DNA from: Diplonema japonicum
Taxonomy: Eukaryota > Protista > Euglenozoa: Diplonemea
Assembly: GCA_964019335.1 (NCBI GenBank)
Contig: OZ025679.1
Span: forward strand, 496,001-560,000
DNA length: 64,000 nucleotides
Direction: 5' to 3'
Part shown: positions 55,316-64,000 of the stretch, piece by piece
Layout: the number at the start of each line of letters is the position of its first letter
Position numbering within the stretch: the stretch's first letter is position 1
Program-made: the position numbers and the translations under genes
Notes under the pieces: model-generated
Seen by the model: only the letters and a program-made list of their open reading frames with translations
Databases searched by the model: none
What the model was told of the DNA's origin: nothing

Positions 55316-56608
55316 ATGTTGCGCCGTGCTGCCTGGTTAGCTGGTCCTCTTAGGCACTCGCTGAGGAGTGTGAGCCTTCCTGCCGACAAGAAGAAGAACA
55401 ACAGTGAGTGCATCGACCAGCAGCCCGCTCGCAGGAGCACGCTGTTCCCCACGCTGCAGGAGAAGGGCATGACTGTTGGTGAGGTCAACAACGGCGTCTC
55501 CAGTATGCAAAGGGCGTTGTCCTTCGACCACAGTGGGGAGGACCAGGTCAAGGCTGAGTACTTCGCTTGCCGCGAGAACGCTGCGATCTGGGACATGTCG
55601 TCCTTCGTGAAGCTGAGGATCTCCGGCCCCGACGCCTCTGCGGAGTTGGAGCACCTTTGCTCCCTCACGGTGGACCGCCCTGTCGAAGAGGGCCGTTTGG
55701 TCTACTGCTGCCTCTGCAACAAGGATGGCGGCATTGAGGCTGACGTCACTGTGCTGCGTACGGGCGAGGAGGAGTACTACATGGTGGTCGGCGCGGAGCT
55801 GCTCCGTCACGTTCTGCACTACCTGCGCAGCCACATCAGGCCGGGCAAGAAGGTTACTGTGACAGATATCAGCGACGATGTGGGCGTGCTGTGCTGTGCC
55901 GGCCCTACTAGCAGGGCTGTGCTGGGTGATGCTGTCCCTGGCGCCGACTTCTCGAACGAAGCCTTCCCGTTCGCCACCGCCAAGAGGTTGACCATCAACG
56001 ACGTGCCCGTGCTGGCCCTCAGGGTGTGCTTCATGGGCGACCTTGGGTGGGAGCTGCACTGCGACATGGAGAACCTGCCTGTCTTGTATGATGCCGTGTC
56101 CGCTGCGGGGGCTACCTACGGGGTCCGCGACGCGGGGTACGCATGCCTTGCCAGTCTGAGGACGGAGAAGATGTTCCTGCACTGGGGGAAGACCATGCGT
56201 GTCGGCGTCGAAGTGACTGCACAGGAAACACCCTTGGAGATTGGCTTCCCTGTTAAGAAGGCCCCGTTCATTGCGTCGCAGGCGCTGGGTGAGAAGAAGG
56301 GGAAGGTCTCCAAGAGGCTGATCACTATCCAGCCGAATGAGCCGACAGACCTGAGGTTCAAGGGACATGAAGTGCTTCTAAGGGACGGGAAGGAGGTGGG
56401 CATCGTCTCCACAACAGCCTACTCCTACGGCCTCGAGAGGCCTGTCGCCATTGGATGGATCGACAACGAGGGCGCCCCTGCTAAGTGGAGCTGGGTCCTC
56501 AGCCCTGATGCCAAGCACGAGGTGCGCCTTGACGACGGTACCCTCGTGCCCTGCCAGCTCTCGAAGAGGGCCGCCTTCGACTCTGACGGCGCCCGTATGC
56601 GTTCATAG
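55316..56608 (+). CDS. Stand-alone GcvT-family aminomethyltransferase (resembles the C-terminal folate-binding half of sarcosine/dimethylglycine dehydrogenase), probably mitochondrial
   Basis: EYFACRENAAIWDMSSF, GGIEADVTV, MGDLGWELH, SLRTEK...HWG and TPLE motifs; MLRRAAWL presequence; no GxGxxG FAD domain. Confidence 0.85.
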   Translation: MLRRAAWLAGPLRHSLRSVSLPADKKKNNSECIDQQPARRSTLFPTLQEKGMTVGEVNNGVSSMQRALSFDHSGEDQVKAEYFACRENAAIWDMSSFVKLRISGPDASAELEHLCSLTVDRPVEEGRLVYCCLCNKDGGIEADVTVLRTGEEEYYMVVGAELLRHVLHYLRSHIRPGKKVTVTDISDDVGVLCCAGPTSRAVLGDAVPGADFSNEAFPFATAKRLTINDVPVLALRVCFMGDLGWELHCDMENLPVLYDAVSAAGATYGVRDAGYACLASLRTEKMFLHWGKTMRVGVEVTAQETPLEIGFPVKKAPFIASQALGEKKGKVSKRLITIQPNEPTDLRFKGHEVLLRDGKEVGIVSTTAYSYGLERPVAIGWIDNEGAPAKWSWVLSPDAKHEVRLDDGTLVPCQLSKRAAFDSDGARMRS

Positions 56609-56629
56609 ATGCAAATGGTTAACACAACA

Positions 56630-56839
56630 TTATAAATTGTGCTTTATCATTTTACCTCTCTCTCTCTCTCTCTTTTTTTTTCTTCTTTCTTTTTTTAATT
56701 TTTTTTTTGATTTTCTTTTTGTCAAAAACTGTCACTCTTCGCGTGCTTGGTGAGCGTAACCTCGTATTTTTTTTTCTTTTTTTTTTTTATATCCATTCGG
56801 CCGAGAACGGCTCTCTCCTACCTGATGAAAGCTGTAAGC

Positions 56840-56870
<31 letters not shown>

Positions 56871-58200
56871 GAAATGGAGAGAAGCCTTAGTATCCGTCTA
56901 CGCATTCATCCCCTGTGCGGTCCTTTCACAGGCGCCAACTGTAGTTTGCTCCTTTTTTTTTTTTTTAAAGAAATATTTTATTCTCTGTGTTCTCCTTCAT
57001 TTTATTTTTAATTTTTTCGTGTTTCCCTCCGTTGCTCCTTCCCCCTTCCCCCGTCCAGTTTTTTTTTTTTTTTTTTTTTTTTTTGATCCACACGCCTATT
57101 TTTAAAAGGGGAATAAAAATGTCCCGTAAAATCAATTTCTCCTTTTTTGGGCTACATGAAAATTTCTCCCTTGTTGTTTTTTTTCTTTCTTTTCTGATTT
57201 CCTCTTTTTTTTTTTTTTTCATTTTTCCCCTCTTTTTTTTCCCCCTTGTTTTTTTTCTTTTTTTTCTCGCTCATTCAACGAAGGCGGGTTAAATCAAGAA
57301 AAGAAAAGAAGGGGGAAAAGAGGAAAAATAAAAAGATAACAAATCAAGGCAATCAAAAGGTCTACAGAAAAGAAAAGAAGACAAATAAGGGGGATGGAGG
57401 GGGATTACCCACAATACTAAAGATTTTACTAAAGAAAAAAAAGATTAGTTTTTTTTTTTTTTTAAATAAATAAATAAATAAATAAATAAAAAAACAGAAG
57501 CGAAAAAAAAAAAGATCTAACGTAAAAGAAATTGAATTAGTTTTTTTATTATTTTTTTTTATTACTTCCCTCATCTCGATGAGTTTTTTTTTTTTTTGAC
57601 ATGTAAAAGAATATGAAAAGAAAAAGAGAATGAGGCCATCTGGTTAGCTTCCTTTTTTTTTTTTTCAGTCTATATTTTTTATTTTGTTTTTTTTTCACTC
57701 TATGGAAAAAGGATATGGGTTCCTGTATGTTTTCTTAGTGGCGTTCCCAGGCACTCTGCGGTAAGAAGAAAAAAAAAAATGAAGAGCAAAAAAAAAAAAA
57801 AAGAAAAAAAAAGACCACAAAAAACAACAGACCCGTTCAGTCTCCCCTGCTCCTACCCTTTTTTTTCCTGATACTCTTTCCCCTTCCCCAAATCTGCATT
57901 TTTATTTTTTTTATTTGTTATTCCAAACATGGGCATGGGCATATTCCACGATTTATTATTTTTTTTTCTTTCTTCGCAAGTGAGGAACAGTCTGAGGCGT
58001 GTAGCCCATTGCATGCAGCACTCTCACAGGGACGGCCGTTCGCCTTTCTTCTTTTTTTTTCTGTTGTGCCACCTCACGCGGAACTTCTTTCCTTTCCACT
58101 CGAAATGCCCTGCCCCCCCCCCTTTTTTTTGTTTGTCTTATTTTCTCTTTTTTTTTATTCTTTTTTTATTCCTTCGTTATTCCTGTTCCACATGCAACAT
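56630..58200. repeat. Homopolymer-rich non-coding island with (CT)n and (AAAT)n microsatellites
   Basis: Long T- and A-runs; (CT)n near 56656-56672; (AAAT)n near 57464-57490. Confidence 0.9.
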
Positions 58201-58221
58201 CCCATTCACACGCTCAGGAAC

Positions 58222-61047
58222 ATGGACACCGCCCTCTGTCTTGCAGACATGGCCCCTCCTATAGGGGCCAAGGTCGATGGCTCTGTGAGGACAAAGCGGG
58301 GCGAGCACGCCTTCACCCACCCCGAGTGGGACCGGCCTTGGCGGTCGAAGTCTCAGCAACGCCGTGCTGAGGAGCTCACAGCCAAGGAAGTCGAGGCCGA
58401 GACGCAGGCACGAAAGAACAACGTTCTCCGCAGGCAGATCCAAGTGACACAGGCACAGCTCCGAAAGGAGGCCTCGGAGAAGCAAGCGGATATAGCCTAC
58501 CTCGAAGAAGAGCACAAGTTGCAGACTCTCAAGCATGAAGGATCTTTCACAGATTTCAAAGAAGAAGCCAGCCGCAGGGAAATGGCCTTAAAGAGACAGC
58601 TAGCAAACCTTCAGAGAGCCAAAGATGACGAGAGCCGCCTGGCAAGTGAAGAGAAGAGACGTCTCGAGACGCAGATCACAACCCTCTCCGAGGGCCACAG
58701 CAAGGAGCTGGCGCAACAAGTGCGGAACGACAAGCTGGAGATCGACAGCCTTGCGAAGCTGCTGGCGGCCAAAGACAAAGAGCTCAAAGAAGCGGAGACA
58801 CGCCACCACAAAGAAGCCCTGGAGGCCCTGACATCGAAAGACGCTGCTTCAGACGCTTTGGTGAAGCAGCTACATGAGGCTGATGAGAACTGGCGGCAGG
58901 CACTTGACGATCAGCAGAACAGGTCTAACGCCTTGCGAAAGGAGGACCTACTCAGAGCGGAGGGGCTGGAATCCAAGTTGAAGGAAGCGAACGAAAAGGT
59001 GGCTGAAGGGCTGAGAAAGATCTCGACACTAGAACGGAAGATAGGGACCCTTGAGAATGACGCGACAGGGTGGGCTAACAGGCTGCTGTCACAGGTGGAC
59101 ACAATGGTGAACTCCTTCACAGGCACGGCGCCCATGGTGACGATCCTGCCGAAGGATAAGCCCGCGAACCCCTTGCGCGAGAGGCTGTGGTACAGGCTGC
59201 AGCAGTTGTGGGAGCTTGTCAACTCGCAGCACGACGCAGAGCGAAAGATGAGAGATGACAAAGAGACCAAAGAGGAATACCAGATGAGGGAGAAGAAGCA
59301 AGAGAAAGAAAGGTGGGAAGAGCGTCGCAGGGACATGCTGAATCTGGAGCAGGAGATGGATGACCTGAGGCAGAAGCAGGAGCGGCTCTCCAAGGCTTAT
59401 GAAGAGCTGCGCCGTCATGCCGACGATGTCGAGCAGAGCGAGAGGTACCTCACTCACAGGCTGCACTACTTCGTCGACGATGTTATTGTGTCGGAGGAGA
59501 GCAGGACCCAGCCCACAGCACCCCCCGCCCCGCGGCCGGGTCCCATGTACATTGTTTTCCTTTCGGCGCAGAGCACGTCACTTGTTTCTGAGAAACAACT
59601 GGTATCCAAACATTTTCACCAGCAACACCACACAGTTTAAAGCGGCGATGGAGATCTTCACTCGTGTCGTGCGGACGACAGGCCACCTTCGGGGCGGATA
59701 CGAGGTATTTTTCTTCACTTCTCTAAGATCTACACAGGCTGCTTGCAAAGGAGATGGGTTTCTGTTCCTTTTTCAGAACGTGGCTGAAGCTTATGAGTTT
59801 GCCCTTGATGTGCAGCTGGGGCTATACAGTGCGAGGTGGCCTGCTGCAGTGCTGCAGCACACTGACATCCATGGCAGCGACGATTTGTGGAATGGCGTCA
59901 AGTGTAGGATTGCCGTGCACTATGGCATCGTGGAGGTATGGTGATAGGTGGCCAGGTTTACCTTTTCACACAGAAAGACTCAATCGGCCTTGTTGAGGAG
60001 AGGACTTATCACGGAGCTGGGCTTGTGTATGCAGCTGCTGTGCACGAGAAGACGGCCCCGGGACAGATTGTTCTCAGTGGCAGGTCGTGGGATGAAGTGC
60101 AGCACAAGCTGGACGTCTTGCCCAAGGTGGACATCGTGTCTCTCGGAATGCACACAGTGGTCGCAACCAGCAGTGGAGACGGCGTGGAACCAGATCGTCT
60201 GATGCAGATCCTGCCTGACAGGCTGGCAGGCAGGCGATTCCCACCAGTAGCTCAAACGGCCGCGTTGTCCATTGGCCATCAGGAGACCTTGTGCGATGCA
60301 ACGCTGAAGGAGGTTGAACTGTTCCACAAGAATGGGAACGCCCTACGCAGGGGAACCGAAGCCATCACGGAGGAGCTAGAAGCTATTAGCAAGGCAGCTA
60401 TTGTGACCACGGGGAAGCTGCGGAATATGCAGTTGGACAAACCGTGGAAACAGGAGGACATGGTGGGAGCTTATGCGACCATCGATGAGATGATGCTGCG
60501 TCACGACACCACGAGGAAGACCCTGCAAGACATCAGTGTTGCACAGGAACACCTGTCCCGCCAGCAGAGATGCTTGGAGACTGCGGTGGCGGTACACAAT
60601 GAGAGCGTGCTCACTGAATCAGAACACAGGCGGGAGATTCTTATCATGAAACAAAAGCATGAAGAGCAGCTGCACGCTGTGCAGTCGCAATGCAAGGCAG
60701 AGGCACAGAGGCTCTTGCTGTCTGTGATGAAGAAAGATGAAGTGCAGCAGCGTGCCATGAACGCAAGTACCCTCGAGCACCTTCAGAGGGAGATCGCGAG
60801 CCAGCGGCGTGGGTACCACGACGAGATGTTCGATAGAGAGGGCCCCATCAGACACCTGGACAGACATGGCCCCCGTTCTCAGGGGACAAGCCCTAAACGA
60901 AGCAAGACAAAGCGTGGCAGCGTGGCAACCTGGGGCAGGTCCCGAACACCGAAGCACTCTAAGCCGCTGCAAACGACGACGCCTATCTTTTCTCCATCCG
61001 TGCGGAGTCGGCCCGACAGCTTCTTGGGTGGCTTGTCGTTAGCGTAG
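58222..61047 (+). CDS. Coiled-coil protein with a degenerate class III (euglenozoan receptor-type) adenylate/guanylate cyclase domain (~906 aa); exons 58222-59601, 59636-59704, 59738-59935, 59974-61047
   Basis: Splicing gives GGYE|AACKGDGF...ALDVQLGL...WP...LWNGVKCRIAVHYG...YHG...AA...GQIVLS...LGMH...LAGRRFP. Three phase-0 introns of 34, 33 and 38 nt. Confidence 0.75.
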
Positions 61048-61229
61048 GCATACCTTTAATATTGGTGGACCTCTTCCATCTGTGAATTTATTTGTATTTT
61101 AGTAGTTTGTTACAGAGGCATTCCCTTTCTTGCCCGAAGCTTTCTTGTGTTTTAACCATTGTCAATTCTAGATGCAGTAGCTAGACTTTTTAATTTGAGC
61201 AACACTCTGACGTACTCTCACTAGGTGCC

Positions 61230-61843
61230 ATGGAGTGTTCGCTGGACAGTCTGCACTTTCCGCTGCGGCCCCTGAGGGACATGGTGGGGGTTGTGAATAT
61301 AGTGAGGGTATTGAACAATAGTGCTGACTTCGTGCAGTACAAAGTAACGTCGACGCACAAGGAGTGCATCAATGCCCACCCTTGCAATGGGATGCTAAGC
61401 CCGTGGGCAGAGACGGAGGTGGAAATAAGATGGTGTGAAGATGTACCCATGCGTGACTACAGCAACCTGAGACCACCGCAACAGCCACGCGTCAGGATAC
61501 AGCCAGTAAATGGTGGTCCTTCGCATGAGCTACACGTCTTGTTTGAGATGCCTAAGGAGAGTGCCAAACACTACTTCTACGTGGGTACAACCCTCTACGC
61601 CCATCCACCGCCTTTCGTTGCCTCCGCCTCAGACATAGGCACAGCAGACGTCACGCGGTATGAGGAGTCCAGAAAGCGAGACCGCCCCATCCTCTCTGAC
61701 ACATACTCTTCGGAAACAGAGGTATGCCAAAGTGACACGTCGCAACCCCACAGTCCGAGTTATCTGGCTTCGAGCACCACACACGACACCACCCTATACG
61801 GCACACCCCTGATACACGGATCTGTACTTGTTTACTTTCTTGA
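61230..61843 (+). CDS. MSP (major sperm protein/VAP-type) domain protein ending in a CaaX box; exons 61230-61721 and 61754-61843 (absent from the ORF track)
   Basis: My translation: MECSLDSLHFP...RVLNNSADFVQYKVTSTHKECINAHPCNGMLSPWAETEVEIRW. A 32-nt GTATGC...CACAG intron gives the end ...RICTCLLS*. Confidence 0.65.
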
Positions 61844-61925
61844 TTTACACCTTTTTACCTTTTTTTCCGCATTAATAACGCATCGTGTTCACCACTGCCT
61901 TATTTCTGCTCTACAGGGATGCGAG

Positions 61926-64000
61926 ATGCTGCTATTTTCTCTGGGCAGTTCTGCGTGTGCCCTTGTCTTAATATGCGGTCTGATTTCCGTTCTGTTCAAA
62001 AGGAGGACAGTAGCATGGAGGGGGTACCGCAGTAATGCGGACATGCTGCTTAGGATGACTGCCTCTTGCAGCTGGAAGGAGGGCGACAATGTGTTCGTGC
62101 AGCGTACAGGTGAGCACGGTGTAGTGGCTGACGTTGCAGGTGGCGACATTACGATCACCAAGGAGCCAAAAGGGCGGCGCAAGGTGTCCATTGATGACGT
62201 GCAGCATGACGCTATGGCCTCTAAAGCGGATCTGCTAGTGAGCAAACGGCAGTCAAATTTGTTTAGTTTCTTGGTTCTTGCAACAAAGTCTCTGCATCCC
62301 TACATAGCTGCTGCTTTCTACAACATACAGGGCATGCCGTGCTACTTAAATGCCTCCTTTTTATCAGCCATGCTTCTCGTCCCGCTGTGTTCCCTTACAG
62401 GCCTTATGTGCCTTTTCGGCCGTGAAAAGATTGCTGATAGTAGCTGGGTGCTGCTTGCATGTGCTTTGAGCATGGCCTCCACGTACATGATCGCGAGGTT
62501 TATTATGTTCCCCTTCATCGAGGCAGCGCAGCGCCTCCCGTCGGTGTACGCGAACACCCGTGTCGTCTCAAAGCCGCAGCACCTGCCAATAGACGTTGCG
62601 GTGGTGCTCAACACCGCACCAGACAACGCCCCAATTCAAGAGGCCCTTGTACATAACAAATCGATTGGCAGGGTGGCAGCGCATCAGCCCGATGGCTCTG
62701 TGGCTGTACGTTTCGCTGCCCACATAGTAACTTCTGAACCAGGCTGCTTCACGATGGTATCTACGGTGTACAAGGGGTGTATTTCTAGTACAGTCGATTT
62801 TGTACCTGAGGCTCCACCACGTCAATCAAGGCGGTCCACCGTCACGTACAAAAGAAAGGGTTCTGTCTTTGGAGGTGGGCGGTGGCAGCGAAACAAGTCA
62901 GTGGACGACATTAAGAACGATAATAATGTCGCGGAATGCAGCCCATGGGAACCCGAGGTAACAGTGGACGATAACGTGCTCATTCTGCCGACACAATTCG
63001 TTGCACAATGTGCGAAGGACGAGCTGGCGCTGTCACGGCCTGTGCTAGCCATTTCGATGTCAGCTACGCATGATCTGGCTGAGAAAGGTATCCTAGAGGA
63101 CCAGGCTTCTAGAGAAGTTCTTGACCCACTACATAGTAAGTACGGCTTCAGCCTTCCTTTGAAGACAGTTGTGGATGCCGTTGCAGAACGGGAGCATCGC
63201 CGGCCATTGTGGCGCCTCGCTACTGAGGCAGTGGCCATGCACGAGATGCATCTCGCCTCGACTCTATTTGTGCTGGACCTTTGTTCCTCGAACCCAGATG
63301 CGTACACCCTGCTAATCCGCAAGAAAGCACCCAGCGATCTCTTAGCAGGGATTGGAACACTGACGGCATCAAGGCACATCGGGTACGAGTGGGCATTGTT
63401 CTATGCGTCACGTATCAGTGGGATGGCTACTGCCAGTGAGTTCATGGAGGCGGTCGGCAGGACGCAGTGCTCACCATCTGACATAAAGGTCATCCTGTTG
63501 TCTCCTGTACCAGGAACACGAACGCAGCAAAGACGGAAGTATGATTTTTCTCTGCGGAACACAAGAGACTCGCGCATGCGAGCCGCGACCATGCTCGCCA
63601 ACAGCGACAGGCTGGGCAGGAAGAACATGAGCGACAACGGTGTGAACTGGGACGATGCTGTCGAGGCTGTGCGGTGTGGGGAGTATGTCAGGGCAAGCTA
63701 TCTGTTCGCTGCTGCCGACCATCCAGCACTCAAAGAACTTCCTGCGTCGGGACAGTTTGATATTTTCTCCAGCATCGAGTACGGGCGGATGGTGACCAGA
63801 CAGTATTGCTTGCACGTAGGGCACGGCAATGGCTTCGCAGCGGCTTACTTGGCACAAAAAGAAACACCATGCGACGTGCCTTACATGTTTTATTCCATGG
63901 AAAGGCTACAGGCGCACCCTGAGGAGGGCTTGACACTTGCGAACACAAAGCTATCACAATATAATCGCATGCTGTATGGCCCAAGCTGCATGGTGCATGT
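61926..64000 (+). CDS. Hypothetical membrane protein, 3'-truncated by the window edge (absent from the ORF track)
   Basis: ATG 61926 after a TACAG acceptor (61916). Hydrophobic N-terminus MLLFSLGSSACALVLICGLISVLFKRR and further hydrophobic segments; I found no stop before 64000. Confidence 0.65.
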   Translation, partial: MLLFSLGSSACALVLICGLISVLFKRRTVAWRGYRSNADMLLRMTASCSWKEGDNVFVQRTGEHGVVADVAGGDITITKEPKGRRKVSIDDVQHDAMASKADLLVSKRQSNLFSFLVLATKSLHPYIAAAFYNIQGMPCYLNASFLSAMLLVPLCSLTGLMCLFGREKIADSSWVLLACALSMASTYMIARFIMFPFIEAAQRLPSVYANTRVVSKPQHLPIDVAVVLNTAPDNAPIQEALVHNKSIGRVAAHQPDGSVAVRFAAHIVTSEPGCFTMVSTVYKGCISSTVDFVPEAPPRQSRRSTVTYKRKGSVFGGGRWQRNKSVDDIKNDNNVAECSPWEPEVTVDDNVLILPTQFVAQCAKDELALSRPVLAISMSATHDLAEKGILEDQASREVLDPLHSKYGFSLPLKTVVDAVAEREHRRPLWRLATEAVAMHEMHLASTLFVLDLCSSNPDAYTLLIRKKAPSDLLAGIGTLTASRHIGYEWALFYASRISGMATASEFMEAVGRTQCSPSDIKVILLSPVPGTRTQQRRKYDFSLRNTRDSRMRAATMLANSDRLGRKNMSDNGVNWDDAVEAVRCGEYVRASYLFAAADHPALKELPASGQFDIFSSIEYGRMVTRQYCLHVGHGNGFAAAYLAQKETPCDVPYMFYSMERLQAHPEEGLTLANTKLSQYNRMLYGPSCMVH

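Noticed and set aside
55337-56368. 343-aa antisense ORF (also 45036-45854, 36131-36904, 41594-42388, 11786-12424)
   Set aside because: Shadow ORFs of codon-biased sense genes, with no recognisable motifs.
11573-56608. Metabolic gene cluster linking HutF, the amino-acid permease and the GcvT-like gene
   Set aside because: They are tens of kb apart among unrelated genes, and polycistronic gene order in such genomes does not imply shared function.
56707-58221. ORFs such as 56707-57105, 56987-57292 and the first ~70 aa of ORF 58009
   Set aside because: Low-complexity poly-T/poly-A; the real start is more likely ATG 58222, after a CAG acceptor.
1-64000. tRNA, rRNA, SL RNA, snoRNA or transposase/reverse-transcriptase genes
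   Set aside because: No cloverleaf, C/D or H/ACA box arrangement, or RT/DDE motif was recognised by eye; a tRNAscan-SE/Infernal search is needed to exclude small RNAs.

Overview
Eukaryotic nuclear DNA, most likely from a euglenozoan protist (diplonemid-like; the taxon is inferred, not proven). All ~25 protein-coding genes lie head-to-tail on the + strand, often only 60-200 nt apart. Most start codons have a YAG (often CACAG/TACAG) acceptor a few bases upstream, as expected for polycistronic transcription with spliced-leader trans-splicing. The genes also carry very short GT-AG cis-introns: I could place about 24 by hand, most 31-38 nt and nearly all phase 0, so many separate ORFs in the track are exons of one gene. 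Recognisable genes are RPB8, a mitochondrial 2Fe-2S ferredoxin, a bacterial-type formiminoglutamate deiminase (HutF), MAK21/NOC1/CEBPZ, an AAAP amino-acid permease, a kinesin-8-like motor and a stand-alone GcvT-family aminomethyltransferase. The most unusual items are: a ~4,950-aa single-pass surface protein (about 21 bacterial-style Calx-beta-like repeats plus a long Cys-rich repeat stalk, containing an identical 755-nt internal copy); a candidate divergent TFIIF-beta; a P-loop-dead kinesin-like protein; a degenerate adenylate-cyclase domain; a calflagin-OGFr fusion; and an MSP-domain gene whose splicing choice gives either a CaaX end or read-through into the next gene. Homopolymer-rich islands lie at about 6-13, 17.4-18.1 and 56.6-58.2 kb. 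No rRNA, tRNA, CRISPR array or autonomous transposon was recognised. All splice models and domain calls were made by eye and need RNA-seq/HMM confirmation.
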